Below are positions 63,396 to 64,000 of a stretch of DNA of 64,000 nucleotides, one piece after another. Below the pieces are notes generated by a model, which saw only the letters and a program-made list of their open reading frames with translations, ran no database searches and was not told the DNA's origin. Source of the stretch: Callorhinchus milii (Eukaryota). Position 1 is the stretch's first letter. Every line of letters begins with the position of its first letter. The DNA lies in contig NW_024704742.1 in assembly GCF_018977255.1 (NCBI RefSeq), positions 117,740,001 through 117,804,000 on the forward strand. The letters are read 5' to 3'. A program made the position numbers and the translations under genes.

Positions 63396-63817
63396 TTCTA
63401 AATACAACAAACTATTTTTTATTAAATAAATAAACTGCAAGAGTGAAAACAGAGCAAAATCAGTCATTTCTCCAGTATTATGTTTTGCAAATAGTAAAAT
63501 ATTGGGGTAACAAAACTTAATAAACTAGAAAATTAAATTAGAAGTTGCAACAATGACTAAAAATTACATTTAAACATTTGTCAATTCAGAAAAAAGCAGT
63601 TGAGTTACCTGTCCACCTACTGGTAGTTGTTGAACAGTTCTTAATTAATACGTGGATTGCTTGAAAAGATTGCAAATTCAAACCGAGAATTACTTAATAA
63701 GTCTGCAAATTCACCCGAATCTAGCACAAAGTGGACCGTAAATCAGGAGGGATTAAAACAAATGAAGAGGTCCATAAATAGCCTGTCAACATAATAAAAT
63801 GAGACACCCAAGAAAAG

Positions 63818-63905
63818 GTGAGAGATAAGAAGAGGTGAGAGGCAAGATAAGAAAGGCAAGATGAGGTGAAAGACAAGGCAACAAAGTGAGAGGCAAGATA
63901 AGATG
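63818..63905. repeat. Purine-rich degenerate tandem repeat (gtgagaggcaagataag-like)
   Basis: gtgagaggcaagataaga recurs, with degenerate intermediate units. Confidence 0.7.
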
Positions 63906-64000
63906 GAGAACAGATCCTGACAAAATAATTCAGCTTTTCATGGATTCATGGAGTGCAATGAAGGATCTGAGTGATGAACTGTTTTCTTGTTGCTGCACGG

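Larger units (their letters stand above)
39954..64000 (+). other. PDE8B: PDE8B intron 1 (partial, probably continues beyond the window)
   Basis: GT donor at 39954. By eye I found no downstream sequence encoding the expected exon 2 ([20 protein letters not shown]-like). Confidence 0.7.

Overview
This is eukaryotic, repeat-dense vertebrate DNA. The repeat families point to a cartilaginous fish, probably a chimaera such as Callorhinchus milii; that is inferred from remembered consensus sequences, not from a search. The only host coding sequence I can support is the first coding exon of PDE8B (+ strand, 39684-39953, [23 protein letters not shown]...[10 protein letters not shown], phase-0 GT donor). 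The rest is upstream region and long intron 1; I did not find exon 2. A large share of the window is decayed retroelements: L2-clade LINEs (one about 2.5 kb), CR1 LINE 3' fragments, a young tRNA-Ala-like SINE sharing its 3' tail with L2, older Deu-domain (SacSINE1-like) and AmnSINE2-like SINEs, and one Penelope-type terminal repeat with a decayed hammerhead core. The best leads are an unclassified hairpin-rich ~500 bp repeat at five loci, a candidate alternative PDE8B first exon at ~11.0-11.2 kb, a convergent CTCF-motif pair around the promoter, an ETS-motif tandem array, and 6-bp target-site duplications on L2 insertions. I found no prokaryote-type system (CRISPR, operon) and no clearly novel protein-coding system. 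Repeat boundaries were set by eye and are approximate.
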